This document shows positions 8,401-21,387 of a stretch of DNA of 26,350 nt, one piece after another. Each line of letters begins with the position of its first letter. Position 1 is the stretch's first letter. This DNA is from Candidatus Hadarchaeota archaeon. Its GTDB lineage: Archaea > Hadarchaeota > Hadarchaeia > Hadarchaeales > CAZCRN01. A program made the translations under genes and the position numbers. The stretch lies in contig CAZCRN010000001.1 in NCBI GenBank assembly GCA_964501125.1, positions 1 to 26,350 of the forward strand, written 5' to 3'. Under the pieces are notes generated by a model that had not been told where the DNA came from, made no database searches, and worked only from the letters and a program-made list of their open reading frames with translations.

Positions 8401-8741
8401 GACCCGTACAAGTCTTGACGCGCCAGCCAACGGAAGGCCGTGCACGCGAGGGTGGGCTGCGCTTCGGTGAGATGGAGCGCGACTGTTTGATTGGACATGG
8501 TGCAGCGATGTTGCTGAAAGAACGACTCTTGGACGGATCGGATCGGCACGTTGCCTTAGTATGCGGTAAGTGCGGCAGTTTTGCTGTTCACGATAGGCGC
8601 CGTGATCGCATGTACTGTCCAGTATGTGGGGAGGACTCAGAGATCTACAGCGCCGAGATGTCGTACGCTTTCAAGCTGTTAATCGACGAGCTGCGGTCGA
8701 TGTGCCTAGCGCCACGATTGCAGCTACGGGATAGGGCATGA
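5415..8741 (+). CDS. rpoB: RNA polymerase subunit B (Rpo2), unsplit
   Basis: [32 protein letters not shown] and [11 protein letters not shown] motifs plus a C-terminal Zn ribbon; single 1108-aa ORF. Confidence 0.99.
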   Translation: MVQLQEAKLQDTWPLLGAFFKEKGLVRQHLDSYNEFIEHRLQQIVDEIGGIELEVEWLDVVFGRIRIGEPSVKEADGSRPTILPAQARLRNLTYSAPIFLEMIPVVRGRQREPVEVYIGEMPVMLKSKICGLSKMSDEELIEAGEDPLDPGGYFIVNGSERVIVTQEDLASNRILIEHDERTALEVSKVFSTHRGFRALVIVERKKDGLVRVTFPAVPGHVPLVVLMRALGLESDREIVDAVSDDPEIVKELFENLQEAMEVKTGEQALDYIGRRVAIGQTREYRLRRAQEVLRRYLSPHIGSRPVDNIHKAYYLGRMAERAIELALRRRGVDDKDHYVNKRLKLAGDLLESMFRLAFINLIRDIKYQLERAAARGREPNLRTAARADVLTERIRHALATGNWPGGRTGVSQLLDRTNYIATLSHLRRVVSPLSRSQPHFEARDLHPTHWGKICPCETPEGPNCGLVKNLSLTVEISTGTDEEKVERVLYKLGVTKIQKGSERRGKAGVYINGRLIGVTENGQMLATKLRERRRKGAVDEQVNVAYSAGTNEVMINTDSGRVRRSLVVVEGGKPLLTQEHIEKVKSGELTWPDLIRTGVIEYLDAEEEENSYIAITEEGLTPEHTHLELNPGSILGICAALIPYAEHNQSPRNTYGANMAKQVLGIPATNFQARLDTRGHFLHFPQTSMVWTKAMDVIGFDRRPAGQNFVVAIMSYGGYNMEDALIINKSSIDRGLGRSTFFRLYEAEEGRYPGGQQDKFEIPTEEIRGYADTSLYRNLGDDGLVEIESEVRGEDILIGKTSPPRFLEEVDEFGIAVEHGRRESSIRVRPSEGGITDMILLSETVDGNRLARVRVRDLRIPEIGDKFASRHGQKGVIGIALDEADMPFTEDGIVPDLIINPHAVPSRMTVGQLLEMIAGKAGAMAGQRIDGTTFSGTPEQQLREMLRKHGFKDTGKEIMYNGMTGEIIQADIFIGVCYYQKLHHMVADKIHARARGPVQVLTRQPTEGRAREGGLRFGEMERDCLIGHGAAMLLKERLLDGSDRHVALVCGKCGSFAVHDRRRDRMYCPVCGEDSEIYSAEMSYAFKLLIDELRSMCLAPRLQLRDRA

Positions 8742-8751
8742 GGTGGTCAGG

Positions 8752-12858
<4,107 letters not shown>

Positions 12859-13287
12859 ATGGGCATAAAGCTGAGCTCTAATGAAATGCGTCACATCGCA
12901 TTGTTCGAGAGTTTAACTGGCGCTACCGTGCACGATTGTTTAACGAGCGAGAAAGAAAACAAGATCACTTTTGTCGTAAAACAAGGCGATATCGGATTGG
13001 CGATAGGTAAGGGAGGCAGGAGGATTCAACAGGTTAGACGGATGATCGGCAAAAGTGTTGAGGTCCTTGAACACTCGGACGATCCGGTAGAGTTTATCAA
13101 AAACATCTTTGCTCCGGCCAGGGTCAAGGCGGTGCAAATTGTTGAGCGAGATGGTCGGAAGGTGGCATTCGTAGAAGTCGAAGAGTCTGATAAGGCTCTG
13201 GCAGTCGGTAAAGGGGGCCGAAAGATTCAACGCGCAAAAATGCTTGCCAATCGCCACCATGAAATTTACGATATATCTCTCGCATGA
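12859..13287 (+). CDS. nusA: Archaeal NusA (two KH domains)
   Basis: GLAIGKGG and [10 protein letters not shown] motifs; conserved position. Confidence 0.95.
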   Translation: MGIKLSSNEMRHIALFESLTGATVHDCLTSEKENKITFVVKQGDIGLAIGKGGRRIQQVRRMIGKSVEVLEHSDDPVEFIKNIFAPARVKAVQIVERDGRKVAFVEVEESDKALAVGKGGRKIQRAKMLANRHHEIYDISLA

Positions 13288-13328
13288 ATTTTAAAGGCGC
13301 AGAATCGAAGTATTTTACGAGTGGTCCA

Positions 13329-13766
13329 ATGAGCAAGGGTTCTAGGGGCGAATTCGCCGCCCGCAAAATCAGCCGTAAGCGGCAGAGGTTTAGATGGAAA
13401 GACGTCGATTACAAGCGCCGTGTGCTGCGTCTGGATGAGAAGGCGGATCCGTTGGAAGGCGCTCCGCAAGGCCGCGGCATAGTTCTCGAGAAAGTCGGCG
13501 TTGAAGCAAAGCAGCCCAACTCGGCAATTCGGAAATGCGCGCGCGTGCAAATTATAAAGAATGGTCGGCAGGTAACGGCATTTGCTCCCGGTGTTAACGC
13601 GATAAACTTCATCGATGAGCATGACGAAGTAATCATCGAGGGTATCGGCGGTGCAAAAGGCGGTTCGAAAGGAGACATCCCAGGGGTGCGTTACAAGATA
13701 ATTTCGGTGAATGGGGTATCGCTTTTAGAGCTCGTCAAAGGTCGCAAGGAAAAGCCAACTCGGTGA
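13329..13766 (+). CDS. rps12: 30S ribosomal protein uS12
   Basis: [12 protein letters not shown] and GDIPGVRYK motifs. Start placed at the second Met (MSKG..GEFAARK), matching archaeal S12 N-termini; the ORF track starts at 13284. Confidence 0.97.
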   Translation: MSKGSRGEFAARKISRKRQRFRWKDVDYKRRVLRLDEKADPLEGAPQGRGIVLEKVGVEAKQPNSAIRKCARVQIIKNGRQVTAFAPGVNAINFIDEHDEVIIEGIGGAKGGSKGDIPGVRYKIISVNGVSLLELVKGRKEKPTR

Positions 13767-14377
13767 GGTCATTGCCATTCAAATATTTTGGAAAGTGGTC
13801 AGTAGATGAGATAGTAATAAAAGACCCGGGCCTCAAGCGATACATCCATTTGCAACCAAGCTTAGTTTTACACGCCGCGGGCAGACACTCGAAAAAGCAG
13901 TTCGGGAAAGCAGAAGTCCCACTAGTCGAGCGTTTAATAAACAAGTTGATGCGTTCGGGCCCCGGCGTTAGAAAGTTGGGCGGCAAGTTCATTCGTGGTG
14001 CAAGGGCATGTGGGAAAAAACATAAAGTTCATGCGATTACCCGCAAGGCATTTGAAATAATCGAAGAGCGAACAAAAAAGAACCCGATTCAAGTTTTAGT
14101 CGATGCGGTTCAAAATGTTGCACCACGGGAGGAAACGACCCGTATAAGCTATGGTGGAATCACTTACCACTTAGCTGTGGATTCAGCCCCCCAGCGGAGA
14201 CTCGACGTTGCACTCAAAAACTTAGCCGCTGGCGCATATTCAGCATCGTTCAAAAATAAAAGACCCATCCAGGAGTGCTTGGCAGAAGAGTTGATCATGG
14301 CCGCAAACTACGACATGAAGAGTTTTGCTATCGCGCGCAAGGAAGAAACCGAGCGCATCGCTAAAGGGGCAAGATAG
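13763..14377 (+). CDS. rps7: 30S ribosomal protein uS7
   Basis: [35 protein letters not shown] and [12 protein letters not shown] motifs. Confidence 0.97.
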   Translation: MRSLPFKYFGKWSVDEIVIKDPGLKRYIHLQPSLVLHAAGRHSKKQFGKAEVPLVERLINKLMRSGPGVRKLGGKFIRGARACGKKHKVHAITRKAFEIIEERTKKNPIQVLVDAVQNVAPREETTRISYGGITYHLAVDSAPQRRLDVALKNLAAGAYSASFKNKRPIQECLAEELIMAANYDMKSFAIARKEETERIAKGAR

Positions 14378-14380
14378 TCG

Positions 14381-14420
14381 CCAAAATGCTTTATAATGGG
14401 TCTGTTTCAATTATATTGAA
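14381..14420 (+). promoter_or_regulatory. Putative internal tuf promoter (BRE+TATA) followed by an inverted repeat
   Basis: CCAAAATG-C-TTTATAA (14390-14396), then TTCAAT-TAT-ATTGAA (14406-14420), SD AGGAGG (14431-14436) and ATG 14444. Confidence 0.55.
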
Positions 14421-14443
14421 TCAGTCAAAAAGGAGGATGTAAA

Positions 14444-15706
14444 ATGGCAAAGCCACACCTGAACTTGATTACCATCGGACACGTGGATCACGGCAAGTCC
14501 ACCCTAATAGGCCGGATGTTCTACGAGAAAGGGATAGTCAAGGAAGAGGATATCAAGAAATTCGAGGCGATGGGCGATAAGGGCAAGACCTTCAAGTTCG
14601 CTTGGTTGATGGACGCTCTCAAAGAAGAGCGAGAGCGTGGACTGACAATCGATCTCGCCCACAAGAGATTCGAGACGGACAAGTACTACTTTACTGTAAT
14701 TGACGCTCCGGGGCACCGAGACTTCGTCAAAAACATGATCACGGGGGCCAGCCAAGCAGACGCCGCAGTTCTTGTAGTTGCAGCCGACGATGGCATCATG
14801 CCACAGACACGGGAGCATGCAGCACTCGCGTACACGCTCGGTGTTGGACATTTGATCGTCGTCATAAACAAGATGGACTTGGTCGACTACAAGGAGGACG
14901 TTTACAACAAGATCAAATCAGAAGTAATCGATTTGCTCAAGGGAATTGGCTACAAGAATCCTGAGGCATTCCCGTTTATCCCAGCAGCCGCGTTTTATGG
15001 CGAGTGTGTTACGAAGCCAAGCGAAAAGATGAAGTGGTACACGGGATCTGAATTCTTCGCTTCGCTTGATACGTGCAAAGTGCCCGAGAAACCTTTGGAC
15101 AAGCCTCTGCGTATACCCGTGCAAGACGTGTACTCGATTACTGGGGTTGGAACTGTACCGGTCGGGCGCGTTGAGACGGGTATGCTAAAAGCCGGCGATA
15201 CTGTGGTTTTCGAACCGGCGGGCAAGAGCGGTGAAGTCAGATCGATCGAGATGCACCATGAGACAATACCAAAAGCGGAACCAGGTGATAACATCGGCTT
15301 CAACGTACGCGGATTAGCCCGAGCGGATATAAGGCGAGGCGATGTCGCTGGACACACCACGGCACCCCCAACGGTGGCGAAGGAATTCAAGGCCCGAATA
15401 GCGGTTCTGCAGCATCCAACTGCAATAACAGCAGGCTACACACCGGTATTCCATGCACACACGGCCCAAGTCTCATGTACCATTACGGAGACCTCGCAGA
15501 AATTAGACCCGAAGACGGGTGAGGTCGTCGAAGAAAAGCCAGAGTTCATAAAGAAGGGAGACATGGCGACGATCGTGGTCAAGCCTAGGCAGCCCATGGT
15601 AATAGAGAAGACAGCGGACCTCCCACAGCTGAGCCGCTTCGCGATTCGAGACATGGGTATGACGATCGCAGCCGGCGCATGCGTGGATGTAACACCAGCT
15701 AAGTAA
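14444..15706 (+). CDS. tuf: Translation elongation factor EF-1alpha
   Basis: [30 protein letters not shown] and [13 protein letters not shown] motifs. Confidence 0.99.
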   Translation: MAKPHLNLITIGHVDHGKSTLIGRMFYEKGIVKEEDIKKFEAMGDKGKTFKFAWLMDALKEERERGLTIDLAHKRFETDKYYFTVIDAPGHRDFVKNMITGASQADAAVLVVAADDGIMPQTREHAALAYTLGVGHLIVVINKMDLVDYKEDVYNKIKSEVIDLLKGIGYKNPEAFPFIPAAAFYGECVTKPSEKMKWYTGSEFFASLDTCKVPEKPLDKPLRIPVQDVYSITGVGTVPVGRVETGMLKAGDTVVFEPAGKSGEVRSIEMHHETIPKAEPGDNIGFNVRGLARADIRRGDVAGHTTAPPTVAKEFKARIAVLQHPTAITAGYTPVFHAHTAQVSCTITETSQKLDPKTGEVVEEKPEFIKKGDMATIVVKPRQPMVIEKTADLPQLSRFAIRDMGMTIAAGACVDVTPAK

Positions 15707-15719
15707 CCGAGAACGTCCA

Positions 15720-15737
15720 ACATTTTTTATTCCTTTC
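15720..15737 (+). terminator. Possible T-rich terminator/attenuator between tuf and rps10
   Basis: ACATTTTTTATTCCTTTC pyrimidine tract just after the tuf stop. Confidence 0.35.
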
Positions 15738-15750
15738 AGCACCCCTACTA

Positions 15751-16068
15751 GTGGAGATTAGCTTGCAAAAGGCTCGCATACGTTTGTCGGGCACAGATCC
15801 GAAAAAATTAGATCAGGTCTGCAAACAGATAACCGAGATCGCCAAGCGGGTCGGGGTCAAAATGTCCGGTCCGGTGCCGCTGCCGACGCGCCGAATAGTA
15901 GTCCCGACTCGCAAGTCGCCCGATGGTGAGGGAACGGCTACGTGGGATAAATGGGAACTGCGAGTTCACAAGCGTTTGATCGACATGGAGGCAGACGAGC
16001 GAGCAATGCGCCAGATCATGCGTGTTCAGATCCCTGAGGATGTCACGATCGAGATCGAGCTTAAGTAG
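15751..16068 (+). CDS. rps10: 30S ribosomal protein uS10
   Basis: [40 protein letters not shown] motifs. Confidence 0.98.
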   Translation: MEISLQKARIRLSGTDPKKLDQVCKQITEIAKRVGVKMSGPVPLPTRRIVVPTRKSPDGEGTATWDKWELRVHKRLIDMEADERAMRQIMRVQIPEDVTIEIELK

Positions 16069-16104
16069 CTAACTTCTTTTAGTTGCATCTCAATATTTTG
16101 GTAT

Positions 16105-16190
16105 GCCGGGGTGGCGGAGTGGAAACGCGTAGGCCTTGAGAGCCTATGGCCCTTTGGGCCTCGAGGGTTCGAATCCCTTCCCCGGCGCCA
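16105..16190 (+). tRNA. tRNA-Ser(TGA), long variable arm, CCA encoded
   Basis: GCCGGGG/CCCCGGC-G-CCA; anticodon arm TAGGC-CT-TGA-GA-GCCTA; variable arm GGCCC-TTT-GGGCC. Confidence 0.97.
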
Positions 16191-16191
16191 G

Positions 16192-16223
16192 GTGACCCAA
16201 ATGAAGCGATTTGGATGGGTTGA
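16192..16223 (+). repeat. Direct repeat copy 1: degenerate duplicate of the archease SD/5' end
   Basis: GTGACCCAAATGAAGCGATTTGGATGGGTTGA matches 17206-17237 at 28/32 positions and encodes MKRFGWVE versus archease MKRFEWVE. Confidence 0.9.
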
Positions 16224-16245
16224 GTCCAAATTTTTAATCGCCAAG

Positions 16246-16284
16246 TTTATATGCTGGCTGTTAAGATAATTTAACATATGTTAA
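16246..16284 (+). promoter_or_regulatory. TATA box and 14-bp palindromic operator of the MNT/HEPN cassette
   Basis: TTTATATG at 16246-16253 is about 25-30 nt upstream of ATG 16278 (probably leaderless). The perfect palindrome TTAACATATGTTAA at 16271-16284 spans the start codon. Confidence 0.6.
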
Positions 16285-16793
16285 TCGAATCTAACACTCA
16301 GAAAGTTCTGGCGTTTGTCTTCAAATACCCAACTAGGGGTTTCACAATCCGAGCCATCGCGAGGGGTCTGAAGATTTCCCCCCCAACCGTTTCCAACATT
16401 GTGGAAAAACTGGAAAAGAATGAACTGGTTAAAATTGTCAAAGAAGAGGTTCAACATAAGGTATACGGCAATCTCGAGAGTGAGCATTTTAGAGATTTAA
16501 AAAGGATTTATAACGTTTTTTCTGTGCGTGGGCTAAAGCACTTGCTGGTAAAAGAATTCAGACCAAATACCATCGTACTTTACGGCGCCTATGCTCGGGG
16601 CGAGGACAGAGAAGATTCGGATATAGATATTTATGTAGATTCTAGGATTGAGAAAGAAGTAAACTTAGAAACTTTTGAGAAAGAGCTAGGCAGGAGGATA
16701 CATCTTATAGTGAGGGACGCAAAGAAAATTCCCAGCGAACTCAAAAGAAGCTTGATCAATGGCGTCATCTTGTATGGTGTGATCGAATGGTAG
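16278..16793 (+). CDS. HTH-fused minimal nucleotidyltransferase (MNT antitoxin-like)
   Basis: N-terminal wHTH (TIRAIARGLKISPPTVSNIVEKL) and C-terminal Pol-beta-type motif LYGAYARGE...SDIDI; overlaps the downstream HEPN gene. Confidence 0.88.
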   Translation: MLIESNTQKVLAFVFKYPTRGFTIRAIARGLKISPPTVSNIVEKLEKNELVKIVKEEVQHKVYGNLESEHFRDLKRIYNVFSVRGLKHLLVKEFRPNTIVLYGAYARGEDREDSDIDIYVDSRIEKEVNLETFEKELGRRIHLIVRDAKKIPSELKRSLINGVILYGVIEW

Positions 16794-17209
16794 ATTTCGA
16801 GTATTATTTAACAAAAAAAATCGTGAAACGAAAATCAAGGGATACAAACTTAGCGAAGAGCTTGCTGGATTCTGCGAGGGACAGGTTTAAATTTGCCGTG
16901 AAGATAAAAGGCGAGAAACCAAGGTACGCACTGGAACTCGCTTACGAATCCGTCCGTGAATTGCTTGACGCACTATTATCACTGAGGGGTTACAAGACGT
17001 GGTCACATGAGGCAGCGATATCCTTCCTCAGGAACTTTGACGCGTTTGAGTCTACAGAGGTAGAGAGATTAAATGTAAGCAGGATGAAGAGACACTCAAG
17101 CAAATACTACGGAGCGATGCTAGACGCTAGAGAGGCTGAAGAAGAAATTACATTTCTGCGAAGCGTGCTTCAAAAGCTCGTGACGATTGTTGAGACTGAG
17201 TTGAAGTGA
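16787..17209 (+). CDS. HEPN-domain protein (putative RNase toxin)
   Basis: 140 aa, predicted helical; AYES.RELL.ALL...G....SHEAAI and R..RH...YYG motifs; coupled to the MNT gene. Confidence 0.8.
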   Translation: MVDFEYYLTKKIVKRKSRDTNLAKSLLDSARDRFKFAVKIKGEKPRYALELAYESVRELLDALLSLRGYKTWSHEAAISFLRNFDAFESTEVERLNVSRMKRHSSKYYGAMLDAREAEEEITFLRSVLQKLVTIVETELK

Positions 17210-17237
17210 CCTAAATGAAGCGATTTGAGTGGGTCGA
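17206..17237 (+). repeat. Direct repeat copy 2 (intact archease 5' end; also supplies the HEPN stop codon)
   Basis: GTGACCTAAATGAAGCGATTTGAGTGGGTCGA, 1014 bp downstream of copy 1. Confidence 0.9.
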
Positions 17238-17643
17238 ACATCCCTCAGATGTGGGTTTTCGGGCCTATGGCCGCGACTTGGCAGAAGCATTCGAGAACGC
17301 TGCGGCCGCGCTCTTCGAGGTGATGGTCGATACGAGCAAGGTTGAGCCGCGAGAAGAAATCTCGATCGAGTTGGAAGCCGAAGACGAGGGGGCATTACTC
17401 TACGATTGGCTCGATCGGTTGCTCTATTTTCACGATGCCCGGGGGCTCGTGATGTCGAAGTTCAAAGTAGAGGAACTATCAAGTTCGGAACGGGGTTTCA
17501 AGCTCAAGGCAAAAGCTTGGGGCGAACGATTCGACGCCGCTCGCCATCCCGAGCGAACCGCCGTCAAGGCGATGACTTATCACATGATGCAGATCAAACG
17601 TGAGCGCGATCGCTGTTGGGTACAAGCGGTTGTAGATGTCTAA
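17215..17643 (+). CDS. Archease (RtcB activator)
   Basis: [11 protein letters not shown]...G..L.EAF.NAA.ALF and VKAMTYH..........QAVVDV motifs; adjacent to rtcB. Confidence 0.95.
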   Translation: MKRFEWVEHPSDVGFRAYGRDLAEAFENAAAALFEVMVDTSKVEPREEISIELEAEDEGALLYDWLDRLLYFHDARGLVMSKFKVEELSSSERGFKLKAKAWGERFDAARHPERTAVKAMTYHMMQIKRERDRCWVQAVVDV

Positions 17644-17702
17644 GGCAATCCTTTTCAATAAAATGGTTTATCTGCGCTGCCTATATTCTTGTTAGGGATG
17701 GT

Positions 17703-20525
17703 ATGGTTTGGACCGGAAAAATCAAGCAGATCGATGAAGTTCGTTGGGAAATCCCGCAGGACTATAAACGTGGGATGCGAGTGCCGGCCCGGATTTTTGC
17801 GGACAAAGCGCTGTTAGATGAGATACGTAGGGATCTAACACTTGAACAATCGGCAAATGTATCATTTCTGCAAGGCATTTACAAATACTCGATTACGCTT
17901 CCGGATGGGCATCAGGGTTACGGTTTTCCGATTGGAGGCGTTGCGGCGACCGATGCGGAGACTGGCGTTATAAGTCCGGGCGGGGTCGGCTACGACGTGA
18001 ACTGTTTGGTTCCCGGTACCCTCATCCTCACACGCGATGGGTATCGCAGACCGATAGGTGATTTGAAAAACTGTTGGGCCCATTCTAAGCTCACGGTTTT
18101 CAACCTAAACGATCATGAAGCGGAAAACGCTTCGATAATTCGATTCATAGAGTTTCCTCCAAATACAGAACTTCATCGTCTACGCACTGCCAATGGCAGA
18201 GAGATCACCCTCACAGGAGACCATCCAATTTTAACTCCTAGGGGCATGTGTTTAGCACGCAAAATCCATCCAGGTACCCCGGTAGCTGTTTATCCATTTG
18301 AAGGGGTAGATTACAATCCTCCGCCCGATGAAACGATACTTGAAGAGAGGGATTTTGAGCCATCTGTCGCTAAGGAATTAAAGAAGCGTGGTTTTCTACC
18401 CATTCACATGAACCACCCGAAAATCGGCACCTTAGCACGATTAGTCGGTTACATCCTTGGAGATGGCTGGTTTAACACTTGGGTAGAGAGACGTAAAGAT
18501 CGGAAAAGTCCGCGGCATAGATTGATAGTCGGTATCTCTGGCGAGATTGATGGTTTAGAGAAACTTAGGGAAGATATCCAGAGTCTTGGATTCAAGCCTT
18601 CCCGGATTTATTCGAAGAGTCGCAGGCAGACGATAAAAACACCATACGGGTGGTTCGAAACGAATTGTTCCGAAAATTGTATCCACATTTCATCGAAATC
18701 GCTCGCTACCTTGATTAACAAACTAGGTGTTCCTCTTGGCAGCAAAGTCTTCGCCGATTTTGAGGTTCCTTCTTGGATAAGAAGTGCTCCCTTATGGATT
18801 AAAAGAAACTTTCTGGCGGGTTTTTTCGGCGCGGAGCTGTCCAAACCATCAGTGGTCAAAGAGCATCCATACACCTTCAACGTACCGTCCATAATCATTT
18901 CAAAGAGAAGAAATATCAAGGATTCGGGTTACAAATTTTTAAATCAGATCCGCGCATTACTTGGTGAGTTCGGGATAAAAACTCTTGAAATTTATGAAAT
19001 TCCATTGACCAAGAGCACGGTGGGTCTCAGGCTCCCCATCTCAAAAAATGATGAGAATCTTTTGAGGCTTTGGTCTAAGATCAGTTACGAATTCAATGAA
19101 GAACGTCGCCTGCGCGCAGCTCTAGCGGCTGAGTACTTGCGCCTGAAGTTAAAACACAGAGGAATGTTGAAAGATAGGTCAAAGCCGATCGCCTTCCCAA
19201 CTTTTAATGAATATGTCGAAAAAACGAAAGCGGAGCTGGGTCGCTCGGGGTTGGTGTACGATATCGTTGTAAAGAAAGAGATTGTCCGCGGATTTAAAGG
19301 ATTTGTGTATGATTTCACGGTTAACCACGAGGATCACAACTTCGTTGCAGACTGCTTCGTCGTTTCAAACTGTGGCGTCCGCTTACTGCGCACGGACCTC
19401 AACCGCAAAGACATCGAGCCTAAGCTGCGCGAGCTGGTCGACGCACTTTTCAGAAACGTGCCCTCCGGGCTAGGCAGCAGAGGAAAAATGCGGCTGACCA
19501 TGGCACAGTTGGATGAAGTACTAGAACGCGGGGCTCGCTGGGCTGTCGAAAATGGCTTCGGCTGGCCCGAGGATCTCGAGCGGCTGGAGGAAGGAGGGGA
19601 GATGGCTGGCGCAGATGCCGCGCGGGTCAGCGTTCTAGCGAAGCAACGTGGTTTGCCGCAGCTCGGTAGCCTCGGCTCTGGGAATCACTTCCTCGAAATT
19701 CAATGCGTCGACAAGATCTTCGACCCTGATGTCGCACAAAAGTTTGGCCTAACGCACGAGGGGCAGGTCACGGTCATGATTCACTGTGGCTCTCGTGGTT
19801 TGGGCCACCAGGTTTGCTCCGATTATCTGCGCACGATGGAACATGCAGTTCGCCAATACAAAATCGAGTTGCCCGATCGGGAGCTTGTTAATGTTCCTGT
19901 CACTTCCCCTGAGGGTCAAGCTTACTTCTCGGCAATGGCCTGCGCCGCGAACTACGCCTGGGCAAATCGCCAGATGATCGTGCACTGGGTGCGCGAGTCT
20001 TTCGAACATGTGCTTGGACGGGATGCCGAGAGTTTGGGACTACACATAGTGTACGACGTTGCCCACAACATCGCAAAGCTCGAGGAGCACAAAATAGACG
20101 GCGAGCGGCGTAAGGTCTATGTTCACCGCAAAGGAAGTACGCGCGCTTTCCCGCCCGGTCACCCGGACGTGCCCTCCATATATCGCGAGGTCGGTCAACC
20201 CGTGTTGATCCCCGGGGATATGGGTACGGCCTCCTATGTTTTAGTTGGCACCGAGCAAGGGATGCGGGAGACCTTTGCCTCAACTGCCCATGGTTCTGGG
20301 CGCCACCTGAGCAGGACTGCCGCGCGAAAGCGATACTGGGGTCAGGACATCAAGCGCAGGCTCGAAGCTCAAGGGATTATCACCCGCTGCGCGAAGATCT
20401 CAGTGATGGCGGAGGAGTGTCCTGAGGCTTATAAGGACGTGGACAAGGTGGTAAAAGTTAGCCACGATGCAGGGATAGCCCGGATGGTCGCTCGGTTAAA
20501 GCCGATGGGAGTTGCTAAGGGTTAA
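17703..20525 (+). CDS. rtcB: RNA-splicing ligase RtcB precursor (940 aa; 484 aa after intein excision)
   Basis: [22 protein letters not shown]|[32 protein letters not shown] and HGSGR motifs. Start at ATG 17703 after GGGATGG. Confidence 0.97.
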   Translation: MVWTGKIKQIDEVRWEIPQDYKRGMRVPARIFADKALLDEIRRDLTLEQSANVSFLQGIYKYSITLPDGHQGYGFPIGGVAATDAETGVISPGGVGYDVNCLVPGTLILTRDGYRRPIGDLKNCWAHSKLTVFNLNDHEAENASIIRFIEFPPNTELHRLRTANGREITLTGDHPILTPRGMCLARKIHPGTPVAVYPFEGVDYNPPPDETILEERDFEPSVAKELKKRGFLPIHMNHPKIGTLARLVGYILGDGWFNTWVERRKDRKSPRHRLIVGISGEIDGLEKLREDIQSLGFKPSRIYSKSRRQTIKTPYGWFETNCSENCIHISSKSLATLINKLGVPLGSKVFADFEVPSWIRSAPLWIKRNFLAGFFGAELSKPSVVKEHPYTFNVPSIIISKRRNIKDSGYKFLNQIRALLGEFGIKTLEIYEIPLTKSTVGLRLPISKNDENLLRLWSKISYEFNEERRLRAALAAEYLRLKLKHRGMLKDRSKPIAFPTFNEYVEKTKAELGRSGLVYDIVVKKEIVRGFKGFVYDFTVNHEDHNFVADCFVVSNCGVRLLRTDLNRKDIEPKLRELVDALFRNVPSGLGSRGKMRLTMAQLDEVLERGARWAVENGFGWPEDLERLEEGGEMAGADAARVSVLAKQRGLPQLGSLGSGNHFLEIQCVDKIFDPDVAQKFGLTHEGQVTVMIHCGSRGLGHQVCSDYLRTMEHAVRQYKIELPDRELVNVPVTSPEGQAYFSAMACAANYAWANRQMIVHWVRESFEHVLGRDAESLGLHIVYDVAHNIAKLEEHKIDGERRKVYVHRKGSTRAFPPGHPDVPSIYREVGQPVLIPGDMGTASYVLVGTEQGMRETFASTAHGSGRHLSRTAARKRYWGQDIKRRLEAQGIITRCAKISVMAEECPEAYKDVDKVVKVSHDAGIARMVARLKPMGVAKG
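18003..19370 (+). mobile_element. Intein (456 aa) with LAGLIDADG homing endonuclease domain in RtcB
   Basis: Starts [10 protein letters not shown]; block [12 protein letters not shown]; block [10 protein letters not shown]; block [11 protein letters not shown]; ends [19 protein letters not shown]; +1 residue is Cys. Removal restores [16 protein letters not shown]. Confidence 0.96.
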
Positions 20526-20528
20526 GCG

Positions 20529-21386
20529 ATGATTCCGAAGTTACCCATTTCGCTTTCGGTGCTCTTACCTTCCTCACTTGTCGCCGATGCGCCGAGGCTG
20601 CGGGAGAAAACCGTGAAGGTTGGCTTGGTAGGTCGTGCCTTAGCAATCTTCCGCGTGCCAAGCGTTATCTTGTATAACGATGATGATCCAAAGGTTCCGG
20701 ATCAGGGCGCCGAAGTCAAGCTGATGGTTACCCTTCTGCGTTACATGGATACCCCGCAGTACCTGCGCCGATTACTTTTCCCTCGCGCTCGAGAACTTCG
20801 ATATGTGGGTCTCTTGCCGCCCCTACGCACGCCCCATCACCCACTTCAGGACGCCAAAACCAAGCCCGACGATTATCGCGAAGCAGTCGTTATCGAAGTT
20901 GGCAAAAAGGGAAGTTTGCTAGAGGTCGGTTTACCCCAAAAAGGCGCGACAAGTGAGAAGCTCAAGGTCGGCCAACGGCTAACGGTCAAGATAGGCGAAC
21001 GTTCTGGCAACCAAATAGCTGCGACACGTGTTGCACGAGCAGAAGTCCCAGAATACTGGGGGTTCGAGGTATCAGCCGCGAAAAGCCTTGTCGATGCCTT
21101 AAATGGGCTAAAAGCAGATTATGTAATTGGAACCTCGCGATACGGGCAAGATTTAAATGAAGCCATGCGAGGGATAGAGAAGAGCAAACCGAACCGAGTA
21201 GCGATCGTGTTCGGAGGCCCTTATGCGGGCCTCTACGAAATATGTGATCGCCAAGGCGTTGAGCCGGACAAGTTGTTCGACGTAATGGTGAACACGATTC
21301 CCGACCAAGGGACCGAGACGGTTCGGACCGAAGAGGCGCTCCTCGCAACGCTCGCGCTCCTAAACGCAATGGTCTGGAGGAAGTAA
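20529..21386 (+). CDS. SPOUT-family RNA methyltransferase (DUF171/C9orf114-like)
   Basis: ARALAIFRV, Y..TPQYLRR..F, VGLLPPLRTPHH and NTIPDQGTETVRTEEA motifs; conserved position upstream of rpl3 in archaea. Confidence 0.9.
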   Translation: MIPKLPISLSVLLPSSLVADAPRLREKTVKVGLVGRALAIFRVPSVILYNDDDPKVPDQGAEVKLMVTLLRYMDTPQYLRRLLFPRARELRYVGLLPPLRTPHHPLQDAKTKPDDYREAVVIEVGKKGSLLEVGLPQKGATSEKLKVGQRLTVKIGERSGNQIAATRVARAEVPEYWGFEVSAAKSLVDALNGLKADYVIGTSRYGQDLNEAMRGIEKSKPNRVAIVFGGPYAGLYEICDRQGVEPDKLFDVMVNTIPDQGTETVRTEEALLATLALLNAMVWRK

Positions 21387-21387
21387 G

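Noticed and set aside
5415-8741. Unsplit rpoB
   Set aside because: This is the ordinary state in Thermococcales, Thermoplasmatales and TACK archaea, so it is only a taxonomic hint.
13960-14015. Insert in uS7 ([20 protein letters not shown])
   Set aside because: A similar insert is present in Thermococcales-type uS7, so it is not novel.
14377-14444. EF-2 gene absent between rps7 and tuf
   Set aside because: S7-EF1a-S10-tRNA-Ser without EF-2 is a known arrangement (e.g. Sulfolobales), and there is no remnant in the 66-bp gap.
16160-16190. tRNA-Ser 3' end as an attachment site for an integrative element
   Set aside because: No duplicated tRNA 3' sequence is found downstream and there is no integrase; the repeat involves the archease 5' end instead.
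17616-17702. N-terminal extension of RtcB in the ORF track
   Set aside because: It overlaps the archease end and an AT-rich promoter-like spacer; ATG 17703 with an SD gives a normal-length RtcB.
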